A DNA stretch of 64,000 nucleotides from Planctomycetota bacterium (GTDB lineage: Bacteria > Planctomycetota > MHYJ01 > WSZJ01): assembly GCA_038060895.1 (NCBI GenBank), contig JBBTCT010000009.1:304082-368081 (forward strand), in the 5' to 3' direction. The notes beneath the pieces are model-generated. The model was not told the DNA's origin and searched no databases. It worked only from the letters and a program-made list of their open reading frames with translations. The translations under genes and the position numbers were made by a program. Positions within the stretch are counted from its first letter, which is position 1. Each line of letters opens with the position of its first letter. Positions 26,423 to 35,785 of the stretch are shown piece by piece.

Positions 26423-27594
26423 ACCTTCGCGCGTGCTGCGCGGCTTCGTTTCCCGGGGCGCTGGACTTCGCCCGCCGCCTCGTGCGGACTCCTTCGATGC
26501 CCGGCGAAGAGAAAGCGATGGCGCGGCTCGTGGCACGGGAGATGACGGATCTCGGGTATGACTCGGTGGAGCAGGATCGCGCGGGAAACGTCGTGGGGAC
26601 GATTCGCGGAGGGGGAGGGCCGGTCCTGATGCTCAACGGGCACATGGACCACGTGTCGCCGGGCGAGGACAAGGCGTGGCGGCGAGGGGGACCGTTTTCG
26701 GGCGCCATCGACGGCGGGAGGTTGTGGGGGCGCGGCGCGACGGACATGAAGGGCGCGCTCGCCATGATGGTGTACGCCGGGGGCGCGTTGAAGCGGTGCG
26801 GCGTGATACCGGACGGAGACGTCGTCGTGGCAGCCGTGGTGATGGAGGAGACGGGTGGTTTGGGGACGCGGTTCCTGCTGCGCAAGGGACGCAGGCCCGA
26901 CCTGTGCGTGATCGGAGAGCCGACGGATGGGCAGGTGCGGATCGGGCATCGGGGGCGCATGGCCGTGTGGGTCACGTTCCGGGGCAAGGCGGGGCATGCT
27001 TCGATGCCCAGGCTTGCGAGGAACCCGAACTACGCCGCTGCGCGCTTCCTCGCTAAACTGGAAAAGGCCGTGGCGAAGCTGCCCGTGCACGCGCTTCTCG
27101 GTCCCTCCACGATTGCCCCGACCCTGGTGCAGGTGGACGCAACTTCTTCCAACGTGATCCCGGGAGTGACGAAGGTGTTCCTGGACTGGAGGACGACGGT
27201 GGAGTGCCCCGCGGATGCCGGGCGCTGGCTCAAAAAAAACATCGGTGGATTCTTCGAGGTCGATCTTCCCTCGAAGGACTATCGTTCCTGGACCGGCTAC
27301 GAGGAAAGGGGAGTCTCGACAACGCAGGCGGGGTTTGAGACGGAGCGGGGGCATGCGCTGGTCCATCGCGTGTCCGCGGCGGTCCGGGCCTCAACGGGAC
27401 GCTCCCCGCGCGTCGGCATCTGGAAGTTCGCAACGGACGGGCGCTTGACGAGTGCGGCAGGGATCCCCACCGTGGGGTATTCTCCAGCAGAGGAAGCGGG
27501 ATGCCACGTGACGGACGAGTCGGTGGAAGTGAAGAAACTGAGGTCGGGCCTGGAGGCGTACGCACGGATGGCGGCGTTCACGCAAGAGTCATGA
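26419..27594 (+). CDS. M20 family metallo-hydrolase (ArgE/DapE/YgeY-like)
   Basis: NGHMDHV, GRGATDMKG, VMEE, IGEPT, GHAS, C-terminal H; GTG start overlaps upstream TGA. Confidence 0.85.
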   Translation: MNLRACCAASFPGALDFARRLVRTPSMPGEEKAMARLVAREMTDLGYDSVEQDRAGNVVGTIRGGGGPVLMLNGHMDHVSPGEDKAWRRGGPFSGAIDGGRLWGRGATDMKGALAMMVYAGGALKRCGVIPDGDVVVAAVVMEETGGLGTRFLLRKGRRPDLCVIGEPTDGQVRIGHRGRMAVWVTFRGKAGHASMPRLARNPNYAAARFLAKLEKAVAKLPVHALLGPSTIAPTLVQVDATSSNVIPGVTKVFLDWRTTVECPADAGRWLKKNIGGFFEVDLPSKDYRSWTGYEERGVSTTQAGFETERGHALVHRVSAAVRASTGRSPRVGIWKFATDGRLTSAAGIPTVGYSPAEEAGCHVTDESVEVKKLRSGLEAYARMAAFTQES

Positions 27595-27655
27595 AGCGAT
27601 TTCCCGGCTTTCACCTCCTGTTGGCGAGAATTGCCGGCTTCATTCGGAATTCACC

Positions 27656-28252
27656 ATGATTCGCCCGTCCGAAATCACCTGGCGCAACGGCCTGATCATC
27701 CCGATCGGCGTGGGTTGGCTCGCCATTGCGCGGCCGGAGAAACTTCCGCCGTGGGTGCTTGCCCTCGGCGCCGGCCTGACGGTCGCCGGGCTTGCCATGC
27801 GTCTCTGGAGCGCCGGCTGTCTCATCAAGAACGACAAGCTCTCGACCGGCGGCCCGTACCGCTTTCTTCGCGACCCCATGTACTTCGGCTCGATGCTGTG
27901 CGTCACGGGCCTGCTCACCGCAGCCGGGAATTTCGGAATGCTTGTCGCGTTCCACGTCGTCTTTCACCTCTTCGTGATGCCCCGCAAACAGCGGCAGGAA
28001 GGGCAGCGGCTCCTGCGGCGCTTCGGCACCGATTACGCCAACTACGTCGTCTCGGTGAGCAGCCTGGTTCCGCGCCTGGTGCCCTATGACTCAAAGGAAC
28101 CGACCGAGTTCGATTTCAAGCATGCGCTGGTGCGGAACCACGAGTGGGGGATCTGGATGCTCGTGCTGGCCGTCGGCGCAGTGCTCGCGGCGAAGGCGGC
28201 CGGACTGACGCCTTGGCTGAAGCTGCCCTGGCAGGCGCCCTGGTGGCTATAG
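27656..28252 (+). CDS. Isoprenylcysteine carboxylmethyltransferase/PEMT-family membrane methyltransferase
   Basis: LSTGGPYRFLRDPMYFG; L.RRFG.DY..Y...V..LVPR. Confidence 0.75.
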   Translation: MIRPSEITWRNGLIIPIGVGWLAIARPEKLPPWVLALGAGLTVAGLAMRLWSAGCLIKNDKLSTGGPYRFLRDPMYFGSMLCVTGLLTAAGNFGMLVAFHVVFHLFVMPRKQRQEGQRLLRRFGTDYANYVVSVSSLVPRLVPYDSKEPTEFDFKHALVRNHEWGIWMLVLAVGAVLAAKAAGLTPWLKLPWQAPWWL

Positions 28253-28256
28253 GGCT

Positions 28257-28372
28257 CAGAGCGTGAACAAAATCCGGCGGATCAGGCTGCGTCGGCCCAG
28301 CCATCACTATTCGCAGGGTTCTTATTTTTCGGGCCGACTCCGCCCGACCCGCCAGATTTTGTTCACGCCCTG
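28257..28372. repeat. 116-bp imperfect inverted-repeat element (42-bp arms, 32-bp spacer); MITE-like or structured RNA
   Basis: Arms 28257-28298 and 28331-28372 match at 36/42 positions; ends CAG(A/G)GCGTGAACAAAATC; lies between convergent genes. Confidence 0.75.
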
Positions 28373-28420
28373 CGGAAAAGGACAATGACTTGATCAGCGC
28401 GGACCGCCCGGCCCGTCCCA

Positions 28421-29683
28421 TCAGGATGTCGGAAGCGCCGCGCGGTCCTTCATGGCGGCGCGCCACGCTCCCAGCGTCGCCGCGAGGCACGCGAACATTG
28501 GCAGGCCGATCGCTCGCGTCCAGGGATGGACGATTCCAAGCTCGAGCAGGACCGTTGTGAAGAGCCACCTGCGGAATTCCGGGTCCTGGCGGCGGTCTAG
28601 CAGGCAGACCACCGACGGAAGGATCACCGCGAGGTGAAATGTCCACGCGACCGGCGAGACGAAGGTTGTGACGGCGCAGAGCAGCCCTGCCTCGGGAAGC
28701 GACATGGCTTCACCGTTGCGGCGAGCCAGGAATGCCAGGAGGCACAGGATGGCGAGCGGCAGCTGAAGCGCGCGGACGATCCATGCGACCGTCCCCGGCG
28801 ACAGATTCGTGAGATTGACCTGGAAGGGCTTGCTGCTCTTCCCGGCATTCACATCCATGAAGACCCGTGCGGCCCATGCGTGGAGCGACTGGTTGTTGTA
28901 CCGGACGGACTCGCGGAGTTCGAAGAACCTGGAGCCGGTTGTGGAAGCGCTTTCGCTGAGCCACCGTTCGTGAAGTTCCCGGGACCTCGAGGCTCCCCAG
29001 ACCGGGACGGCCAGCGCGCAGAGAAGTACGAAGGCCGCGGCGCAGGCGGCGGCGGCGGCCCAGCGCCTCTTCATGAGGAAGTACACCCCGACGATTGCCG
29101 GCGTGACCTTGATTGCCGCCGCGAGACCGGCCAGCGCCCCCCCGATCCACGGCCTCGTCCGGGCGAGGTCGACAGCCGCCAGCGAGAGCGCAAGTGTCAC
29201 GATGCCGATCTGGCCCATCGTGAATGCATCCGCCCAGAATACCGCGGTCGCAATCAGGACTGCGAGGGCGTCCCCGGAATCGAGCGGCCGCTCGCGGCCC
29301 GAAAGCCGGAAGGCGCACTTCAGTGAGAAGAGCAGCGCGGCGAACGAAAAGCAGTGCCAGAGGAGACAGGAGGCGTCCATCGGGAGGAGAGCGAAGGGAG
29401 CCATGAGGATGCCGAAGAACGGCAAGTAGCGAGTTACTGCCGAGTCCGTCTCCAGGTCATCCAGCTTGACCGGCCCGGTTTTGCGAAGTCCGGGGAACAT
29501 CAGCCGGTCGGCTTCCGGGCCCGGGATCCGCTCGTAGGGATCATGCCCGTCCAGGACGGCGCGGCCCGCGCGCCAGAATCCGTCATAGTCGGTCTTGAGG
29601 GTGTAGACGCGGCGGACGGACTGGAAAGCGGTGAAGAGGAAAAGGAGAGCGTACGCTGCGACGAAGGCGCGGCGCGAAGTCAT
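28421..29683 (-). CDS. Glycosyltransferase family 87 (DUF2029) membrane protein
   Basis: DYDGFWRAGRAVLDGHDPY, YLPFFGILMAPFALLP, GQIG, AAAIKVTP, NQSL, SPVAW; ATG overlaps ATPase stop. Confidence 0.82.
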   Translation of the reverse strand: MTSRRAFVAAYALLFLFTAFQSVRRVYTLKTDYDGFWRAGRAVLDGHDPYERIPGPEADRLMFPGLRKTGPVKLDDLETDSAVTRYLPFFGILMAPFALLPMDASCLLWHCFSFAALLFSLKCAFRLSGRERPLDSGDALAVLIATAVFWADAFTMGQIGIVTLALSLAAVDLARTRPWIGGALAGLAAAIKVTPAIVGVYFLMKRRWAAAAACAAAFVLLCALAVPVWGASRSRELHERWLSESASTTGSRFFELRESVRYNNQSLHAWAARVFMDVNAGKSSKPFQVNLTNLSPGTVAWIVRALQLPLAILCLLAFLARRNGEAMSLPEAGLLCAVTTFVSPVAWTFHLAVILPSVVCLLDRRQDPEFRRWLFTTVLLELGIVHPWTRAIGLPMFACLAATLGAWRAAMKDRAALPTS

Positions 29684-32031
29684 CGGGTGTCCTCGCAGCA
29701 TTCCGCGGTGTGCTCCCGCATCAGCCTGAGCCCGTTGAAAATCACAAGGAGGGAGACGCCGACGTCCGCGACGACGGCCATCCAGAGGTTGGCGAGGCCT
29801 GCGGAGGCGAGGACGAGGAACGCGGCTTTGAACGCGACCGACAGCACAATGTTCTGTGCGATGACGCGAGTCGCCAGGCGGCCGAGGCGGACGGCAAAGG
29901 GGAGCTGGCGCAGGTCGGGGGACATGAGGGCAACGTCGGCGGCCTCGAGGGCGACATCGGAGCCGGCGGCGCCCATGGCGATGCCCACGTCGGAGGCGGC
30001 GAGCGCCGGGGCGTCGTTTACCCCGTCGCCGACCATGGCCAGACGGCCATGAAGCGCGCGAAGCGCGGCGACGGCTGCCAGCTTGTCCTGCGGAAGGAGG
30101 CCCGAGCGAATCTCGTCCAGGCCGAGCGATGAGGAGGCGGCGCGCGCCGCCGCTTCGGAGTCACCGGTCAGCATCGAAACGCTGGTGATTCCCGCGCTGC
30201 GCAGTCCGCGGATGGCCGCTGAGGCGTGGTCGCGGACCCTGTCTGCGAACGCCAGGACTCCGACGGGGCCTTCGGAAGTGGCGAGCACGGCGCACGTACG
30301 GCCTTCGGCCTCGAATCGCGCGACTGCGGCCTCCGCCGGACCGGCCGGGAATCCCTTTTCCCGCAACAACCTGAGCGAGCCGAACAGGTGCTCGACGCCG
30401 CCGATGTCAACGCGGGCGCCGAGCCCCGGGATTGCCTCGTAGAGTTTGGCGCCTTCAGGGCGGATTTCCTCGCCGTGGGCGCGGGCGACGACGGCTTTCG
30501 AAAGCGGGTGCTCCCCGGCGAGCGCGGCGACCGCAGCGCGGCGCAGCAACTCCTCTTCGGAGACGCCGAACGCCACTACCGCCGAAACTTCGAACGCGCC
30601 TTCCGTCAGTGTGCCCGTCTTGTCAAACGCGACGGCTCGCACGCGGCCGAGCGCTTCGAGCGCGGCGCCGCCCTTGAAGAGAACCCCGCGGCGCGACGCG
30701 GAGGAGATGGCGGCAAGGATCGTGACGGGCGTGGAAAGGATGAGGGCGCACGGACACGAGACGACGAGAAGAGTGAGCGCGCGGCCGAGCCACGGGGTCC
30801 ACGCGGCGCCGAGGGCCAGGGGGGGGATGACGGCGACGCCTGCTGCGAGCAGGAAGACGACGGGCGTGTAGACGCGCGCGAAGCGGTCCACGAAGCGCTG
30901 CGACGGCGCTCGGCGGGACTGGGCCTTCTCGACGAGATCGACGATGCGGTTGACGGTCGCGTCGGCGACCGCGCGCGTGACGCGGATCTCCAGCGCGCCG
31001 CGGCCGTTCAAGGTCCCGGCGTAGACAGCGGATCCCTGCGACTTCTCGACGGGCGCCGCCTCTCCCGTGATGAACGCTTCGCTCACGGACGATTCGCCCG
31101 TGGCGACAAGCCCATCGGCGGGGAAGCGTTCGCCGGGCCTGACAAAGACGATCATGCCGGGGGTGAGTTCTCCGACGGGGATGCGTTCCTCGCGCCCGTC
31201 GCGCCGGACCGTCGCATCGCGCGGAGCGAGTTCGACCAGTGCGCGGATGGCTTCGCGTGCGCGCCCGAACGTCAGGGCTTCCAGCAGGGTTCCGACGGAG
31301 AACAGGAACATGGCGGTTGCGGCTTCCGCCCAGTCCCCGAGTGCCGCAGCTCCTGCGCAGGCCGTGCTCATGAGGAGGAACATGTCGAAGGACCGGGACT
31401 TCCATGCCATTCGCAGGCCCCGGACCATTGCCGGGAGGCCGCAGAGCGCGAGGGAGGCGGCGAAGCAAGCGACGGATGCGGAGGGGAAGCGGGTCCACTG
31501 GAAGGCGAAGCCCGCGGCCAGGGGAGCGGCGGCGAGCGCCGGGGGAAGGACGGCGGAGCGTGGGAGGCGGGGCGCGGTGGCCGCCCTGCCGGCCTCAGCG
31601 CGGCCGGGCGGGCGGTCGGAAACGCCGTAGCCAAGCCGGCGGATCTCCTCGGCTACGCGCGGGCCCGCGTCGCGCTCCGCGTCCGCCACGAGCCGGCCGG
31701 CCCCGAAATCGACCTCAGCCCAGGCGACACCCTGCACGCGCATGACCGCCTTCGAGATGCCGACGCCGCACCCAGGGCAGTCCATTCCGCTCACGTACCA
31801 CGTCCCGTGCCACGCCTTCTCGGCGATCGCCCGGGCAACCGATCGGGCTTCCTCCGAAAGCCGCTCGCGCGTCCAGGCGGATTCGTCGAACTCCACCGCC
31901 AGCGCCTCGGCATCCGCGTCGACCCGTGCCTCGCGGACGCCGGGAAGCGTCCGAATCGAGGCGACGAGCTCGCCCTCGCAGCGTCCGCAGCGGGAAGCGA
32001 TGAGCGCGGGGAGGGGGAAAACGGTGTTCAT
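29680..32031 (-). CDS. cadA: Heavy-metal-translocating P1B-type ATPase (Zn/Cd/Pb, CadA/ZntA type)
   Basis: N-terminal CGRC and GMDCPGC metal-binding domains, TGEA, SCPCAL, DKTGT, GDGVNDAP, TM Lys and ADVG. Confidence 0.92.
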   Translation of the reverse strand: MNTVFPLPALIASRCGRCEGELVASIRTLPGVREARVDADAEALAVEFDESAWTRERLSEEARSVARAIAEKAWHGTWYVSGMDCPGCGVGISKAVMRVQGVAWAEVDFGAGRLVADAERDAGPRVAEEIRRLGYGVSDRPPGRAEAGRAATAPRLPRSAVLPPALAAAPLAAGFAFQWTRFPSASVACFAASLALCGLPAMVRGLRMAWKSRSFDMFLLMSTACAGAAALGDWAEAATAMFLFSVGTLLEALTFGRAREAIRALVELAPRDATVRRDGREERIPVGELTPGMIVFVRPGERFPADGLVATGESSVSEAFITGEAAPVEKSQGSAVYAGTLNGRGALEIRVTRAVADATVNRIVDLVEKAQSRRAPSQRFVDRFARVYTPVVFLLAAGVAVIPPLALGAAWTPWLGRALTLLVVSCPCALILSTPVTILAAISSASRRGVLFKGGAALEALGRVRAVAFDKTGTLTEGAFEVSAVVAFGVSEEELLRRAAVAALAGEHPLSKAVVARAHGEEIRPEGAKLYEAIPGLGARVDIGGVEHLFGSLRLLREKGFPAGPAEAAVARFEAEGRTCAVLATSEGPVGVLAFADRVRDHASAAIRGLRSAGITSVSMLTGDSEAAARAASSSLGLDEIRSGLLPQDKLAAVAALRALHGRLAMVGDGVNDAPALAASDVGIAMGAAGSDVALEAADVALMSPDLRQLPFAVRLGRLATRVIAQNIVLSVAFKAAFLVLASAGLANLWMAVVADVGVSLLVIFNGLRLMREHTAECCEDTR

Positions 32032-32342
32032 GGGTGTGCCGCGTGGCGGAGTCCCTGTTTCAGGACCGTGGCGACGTGGGCGTCAGAGAGCGCGTACCAC
32101 ACCACCCGGCCGTCGCGGCGCGCAGTGACGATCCGGCGGTCGCGCAGTTTCGAGAGCTGGTGGGAAAGCGCTGAAATGCTGCACCCGAGGGAAGCGGCCA
32201 GGTCCGTGACGCGGGACTCGCGGGAGCGCATGAGCGCGCACAGCAGGCGCAGCCGGGTGCGGTCGGCAAGCGCGGAGAAAATGCGTTCGGCGTCACGGAG
32301 AACTCGAGAGGACGGCGCATGGACGGGGCGTCGGATGCTCAT
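32028..32342 (-). CDS. ArsR/SmtB family metal-sensing repressor
   Basis: FSALADRTRLRLL, SALSHQLSKLR, RRDGRVVWY; alpha5 site D-A-H-x10-H-x2-H. Confidence 0.9.
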   Translation of the reverse strand: MSIRRPVHAPSSRVLRDAERIFSALADRTRLRLLCALMRSRESRVTDLAASLGCSISALSHQLSKLRDRRIVTARRDGRVVWYALSDAHVATVLKQGLRHAAHP

Positions 32343-32379
32343 GAACCGGATTGTCCCGGGAGGCCGGCAGCACGTCAAA

Positions 32380-32410
32380 TGAATTGTTGATCAATTGTTC
32401 AAGTATTCAA
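32380..32410. promoter_or_regulatory. Putative ArsR/SmtB operator
   Basis: AT-rich patch upstream of arsR with near-palindrome TTGATCAATTGTTCAA (32387-32402), resembling TGAA-N6-TTCA SmtB/CzrA boxes. Confidence 0.6.
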
Positions 32411-32430
32411 TGAACTGCCGGCATGCCCGG

Positions 32431-33291
32431 CTACCTCCACTTCCGGACGATTCCCTCCGCGCCCCCCGCGAGCAGCAGGTCGGCCGCACCCCGGGCCGCC
32501 TCTTCCGGCCCGCTTCCCACGGCCTCCGCCCGCAGCCCGGCGAGGTCCGCCCGAAGCCACAGCTTTCCGCTCCGCCACGAAGCGTGCGCCCCCAGCGGCG
32601 TCCGGCAGCCTGCCCCGAGCAGCCGGAATAGCGCACGCTCGGCATCGACGGCGGCGTGAACGGCGGCGTCGTCGATCCCGGAGGCCAGCGCTTCCTCCCC
32701 GGCGCGCGTCTCCACGGCGAGCGCCGCCTGTCCCGCGGGCGGGATCAGGTCGTCGAGAGGGATCATCTCCGCGATCCTCCCGTCGAGCGCAAGCCGCCTC
32801 AAACCCGCGAATGCCATGAGAAGCGCTTCGAAATCTCCGGCATCCAGTTTCCGGACCCGGGTATCCACGTTTCCGCGTACTGGAACGGCGCGCAGGGCGG
32901 GAAAGCGTCGGGCGAGCCAGTCCTGGCGGCGGGGGCTGGAGGTGGCGACACGGGAGCCCGGGGTAAGAGCGGCCAGCGGGCGGCCCAGGACGGCGTCGCG
33001 AGGGTCTTCGCGCTCCGGGACCGCCGCCAGCGACAGCCCGGCGGCCGTCCGGGACGGAAGGTCTTTCAGCGAATGCACGGCGACGTCGATCCGGCGGTCG
33101 AGAAGCGCCTCTTCGAGCTCCCTGGTGAAGACCCCGACACCGATCTGTTCCACCGGGAGGTCCTGCGAAGCGTCGCCGCTGGACCGGATTACGATGGTTT
33201 CTACTGTTGCGCCGGCGGCCTCGAGCCGCCCTCGCACGCCGGCCGCCTGCGCCCTCGCAAGCGCGCTTCCGCGAGTCCCCAGCCGGATCAC
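32431..33291 (-). CDS. hemC: Hydroxymethylbilane synthase (porphobilinogen deaminase)
   Basis: IRLGTRGSALARAQ, GVFTRELE, AVHSLKDLP, TSSPRR, RGNVDTR, GAGCRTP; GTG start overlaps hemA stop. Confidence 0.93.
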   Translation of the reverse strand: MIRLGTRGSALARAQAAGVRGRLEAAGATVETIVIRSSGDASQDLPVEQIGVGVFTRELEEALLDRRIDVAVHSLKDLPSRTAAGLSLAAVPEREDPRDAVLGRPLAALTPGSRVATSSPRRQDWLARRFPALRAVPVRGNVDTRVRKLDAGDFEALLMAFAGLRRLALDGRIAEMIPLDDLIPPAGQAALAVETRAGEEALASGIDDAAVHAAVDAERALFRLLGAGCRTPLGAHASWRSGKLWLRADLAGLRAEAVGSGPEEAARGAADLLLAGGAEGIVRKWR

Positions 33292-34307
33292 AGCTCCTGT
33301 TGCGCCGTGGACCACGCGCGCGCCTCCTGCTCGACCATGCGACGGCCCTCGTCGAGCTTCGCGCGGCGGCCGGCCGCGTTCCGCTCGACAACGCTTTTCA
33401 GGTCGTCGATGTTGTAGACGTACAGGTCGGGGATGCGTTCTGCCGCGTCCTCCACGTTCCGCGGGACCCCGATATCCACGACAAACATCGGCGTTCCTCC
33501 TCGCTCGGCCATCGCAGCCCGCAGCATGCCGGCGGTGATGAGCGGTCTTTCCACCGAAGCGCAGGCGACGACGATGTCGGCGTCGCCCAGCGCCCGGGGC
33601 AGGGCCTCGAGGGAAAGGGGCGAGGCGCCCAGCCTCTCCGCGACCGCCGCGGCACGTTCCTCCGTCCTGTTCGCGATCGTCACGCGCAGCACGCCGCGGT
33701 CGCGCAGGCAGCGCGCCGTCAGCTCGCCGGTTTCGCCCGCCCCGAGAACGAGCACTCGCTTCTGCTTCAATTCGCGGAAAACCTTCTCCGCAAGCTCGAC
33801 CGCGACGCTTGCGACGGAGAGCTTTCCCTCCGCAATCCGAGTTCGCGTATGGACTGCCTTGGCGACGTTGAACGCCTTCTGGAACAGCCTGTGAAACAGC
33901 TTCCCGACGCTCCCCGCTTCCGTCGCGATCCGGTACGCGTCCTTCACCTGGGCGAGGATTTCCGTTTCGCCGACGATCATCGAGTCGAGCGAGGAGGCGA
34001 CGGAGAACAGGTGCGAGACCGCTTTTTCGCCGCGGAGGTCGTAGACGAACGGCTGAAGCGCGCCGGGGGGGAGGCCGCTGCGGGAGGCGATGAGGGACAC
34101 GGCGCGCGGCGCCGCGGCCTCCGGGTTCCCGGCCATCCAGGCTTCCACCCGGTTGCACGTCGAGATCAGGAGCGCCTCTTCGACGGACGGCTTTTCACGG
34201 AGCTGCGCGAGGAACCGCGCCGCTTCCTGTGCCGGCACCGCGACTTTTTCGCGCATCTCGACGGGTGCGTTGCGGTGATTGAGGCCGATGACCTGGATCT
34301 CGGTCAC
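33288..34307 (-). CDS. hemA: Glutamyl-tRNA reductase (short form, about 339 aa)
   Basis: GLNHRNAPVEMRE, ISTCNRVE, SLDSMIVGE, LGAGETG, DIGVPRNV; GTG start at 34307. Confidence 0.92.
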   Translation of the reverse strand: MTEIQVIGLNHRNAPVEMREKVAVPAQEAARFLAQLREKPSVEEALLISTCNRVEAWMAGNPEAAAPRAVSLIASRSGLPPGALQPFVYDLRGEKAVSHLFSVASSLDSMIVGETEILAQVKDAYRIATEAGSVGKLFHRLFQKAFNVAKAVHTRTRIAEGKLSVASVAVELAEKVFRELKQKRVLVLGAGETGELTARCLRDRGVLRVTIANRTEERAAAVAERLGASPLSLEALPRALGDADIVVACASVERPLITAGMLRAAMAERGGTPMFVVDIGVPRNVEDAAERIPDLYVYNIDDLKSVVERNAAGRRAKLDEGRRMVEQEARAWSTAQQEL

Positions 34308-35128
34308 GGGTGGTGGACTCCCGTGCCGAGGATGGAAGCGCCGAACAGGGTGAAAGCGGCGACGGCGAACGACCAGATCGACATCCGGGCGGCGGAGCGG
34401 CCGTGGTAACCGCGGGTGAAGCGCATGGCGACGAGCCCGCCGTAGCAGAGCCATGTGACGAGGCCGCCCAGGGCGCGTCCGTCGTCCAGGAACGGCTTGT
34501 CGAGGAGAACGGCGCGCGTCAGGCCGAAGGCAATTCCGACGGTGAGCAGGACGAATCCGGCCATGACGGAAGAGGAGTTGACGGCGTTTGCGGCCTCGAG
34601 GGAGGGAAGGGCGGAGACGAGAGGCCCCGATGCGTGGTGTTTGAGCAGGCGTTCCTGGAGCAGGTAGATCGCGCCGGTCGCAAATGCGAGCAGGAACGCG
34701 GCATACGCGAGGGCCACGAGAGCGATGTGAAAAGGGGTAATGGCGCTGTCCGGGACGGCCGCAGGCGCGGTGTGGAACATGCGCAGGTAGGGCGTTCCAG
34801 AAACGGCGACGGCGAGCGGCGAAACCGCGGCCGTGATGGCGGGCATCTCGAAGCGGACATCGACGGCGAGCGCGGCGACGGCGGCAAGCGCCGCGGCGAA
34901 AACGCAGGCTTCGAACAGGTGGAACATCGGGCAGGCGTGCGTGCGCGCCGCGGCGTGGACGAGAAACGCCCCGTGTGCGAGGACGCCCACCGCGGTGAAG
35001 ATCCGGATGAAGTGCGGGAGCGAGTCGCGCCGGGCGAGCAGGGCGCCCAGTGCGGCCGCGCCCGCCGTCGCGTAGGCGATCAGCCCGAACCAGAACATCA
35101 CGAGCTCGGCGGCGGCGTAGGGGGCCAT
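34304..35128 (-). CDS. ccsA: Cytochrome c biogenesis CcsA/HemX-like membrane protein
   Basis: Multiple TM helices; FHI, YLLQERLLK...LPSLE, G.HGR..A..S, C-terminal H; between sirC-like gene and hemA. Confidence 0.72.
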   Translation of the reverse strand: MAPYAAAELVMFWFGLIAYATAGAAALGALLARRDSLPHFIRIFTAVGVLAHGAFLVHAAARTHACPMFHLFEACVFAAALAAVAALAVDVRFEMPAITAAVSPLAVAVSGTPYLRMFHTAPAAVPDSAITPFHIALVALAYAAFLLAFATGAIYLLQERLLKHHASGPLVSALPSLEAANAVNSSSVMAGFVLLTVGIAFGLTRAVLLDKPFLDDGRALGGLVTWLCYGGLVAMRFTRGYHGRSAARMSIWSFAVAAFTLFGASILGTGVHHP

Positions 35129-35697
35129 CAGCGGCGCTTCTTTCGGCCGCGTGCCAGCGCGCGGAGAATCCGCCGCCGCTTCCCGGGTGGAACGCCCCGG
35201 GCGCGCAGCTCGATCCGCTTCCGCTTCACCCTCTCCGCAAGCGCAACCCATCCTCCCGCCAACAGGGCCTTGATCTCGCGCTTCAGCTTCGCCCCGACTG
35301 CCGGAGCTGCGCCGTTTGTCGAGACGGCGACCGCGACGGTGCCCTCCCGAAGCGCTGCGGGGACATGAAAGTCGCACCCAGCCGGGTCGTCGCACACGTT
35401 CACCAGGATTCCCCTGGCGCGACAGATATTCATCACGGCGGCATTGACCGCCCGGTCGTCGCTCGCCGCGAACGCGACCGACGCGCCCCGCAGGTGTGCG
35501 GCGCGGTAGGGTTCGTCCACGCGGCCGACCGGCAGGCTTTCGAACCCGCGTGCGAATCTCGGAGCGACTACCGTGATGACGGCGCCGGCCCGGACAAGCG
35601 CGCGCGTTTTTCTGAGCGCGACCTGCCCACCGCCGATGACAACGACTGGCCGGCCGCGGAGGTTCAGGAAAACAGGGTAGAGCGTGTTCGTGGACAT
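35128..35697 (-). CDS. Precorrin-2 dehydrogenase/sirohydrochlorin ferrochelatase (SirC/CysG N-terminal/Met8p)
   Basis: YPVFLNL, VIGGGQVALRK, VNVCDDPAGCDFHVPA, VSTNGAAP. Confidence 0.9.
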   Translation of the reverse strand: MSTNTLYPVFLNLRGRPVVVIGGGQVALRKTRALVRAGAVITVVAPRFARGFESLPVGRVDEPYRAAHLRGASVAFAASDDRAVNAAVMNICRARGILVNVCDDPAGCDFHVPAALREGTVAVAVSTNGAAPAVGAKLKREIKALLAGGWVALAERVKRKRIELRARGVPPGKRRRILRALARGRKKRR

Positions 35698-35751
35698 GGG
35701 GTCGAAGAGCGATCTTAGACCCTTCGGCCGAAGGTGGATAGCCGACCTTTC

Positions 35752-35779
35752 TTGCCCGCGCCCTTCCGGCGTCTAGAAT
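35752..35779 (+). promoter_or_regulatory. Sigma70-type promoter for leaderless tsaC-phosphatase/rpiB transcript
   Basis: TTGCCC-N16-TAGAAT-N6-ATG with no Shine-Dalgarno sequence. Confidence 0.6.
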
Positions 35780-35785
35780 GTTGCC

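Noticed and set aside
28257-28330. CCTGATCC and ACCCTG on the minus strand suggesting a TPP riboswitch
   Set aside because: No CTGAGA motif in the right place, not upstream of a gene, and the sequence is explained by the long inverted repeat
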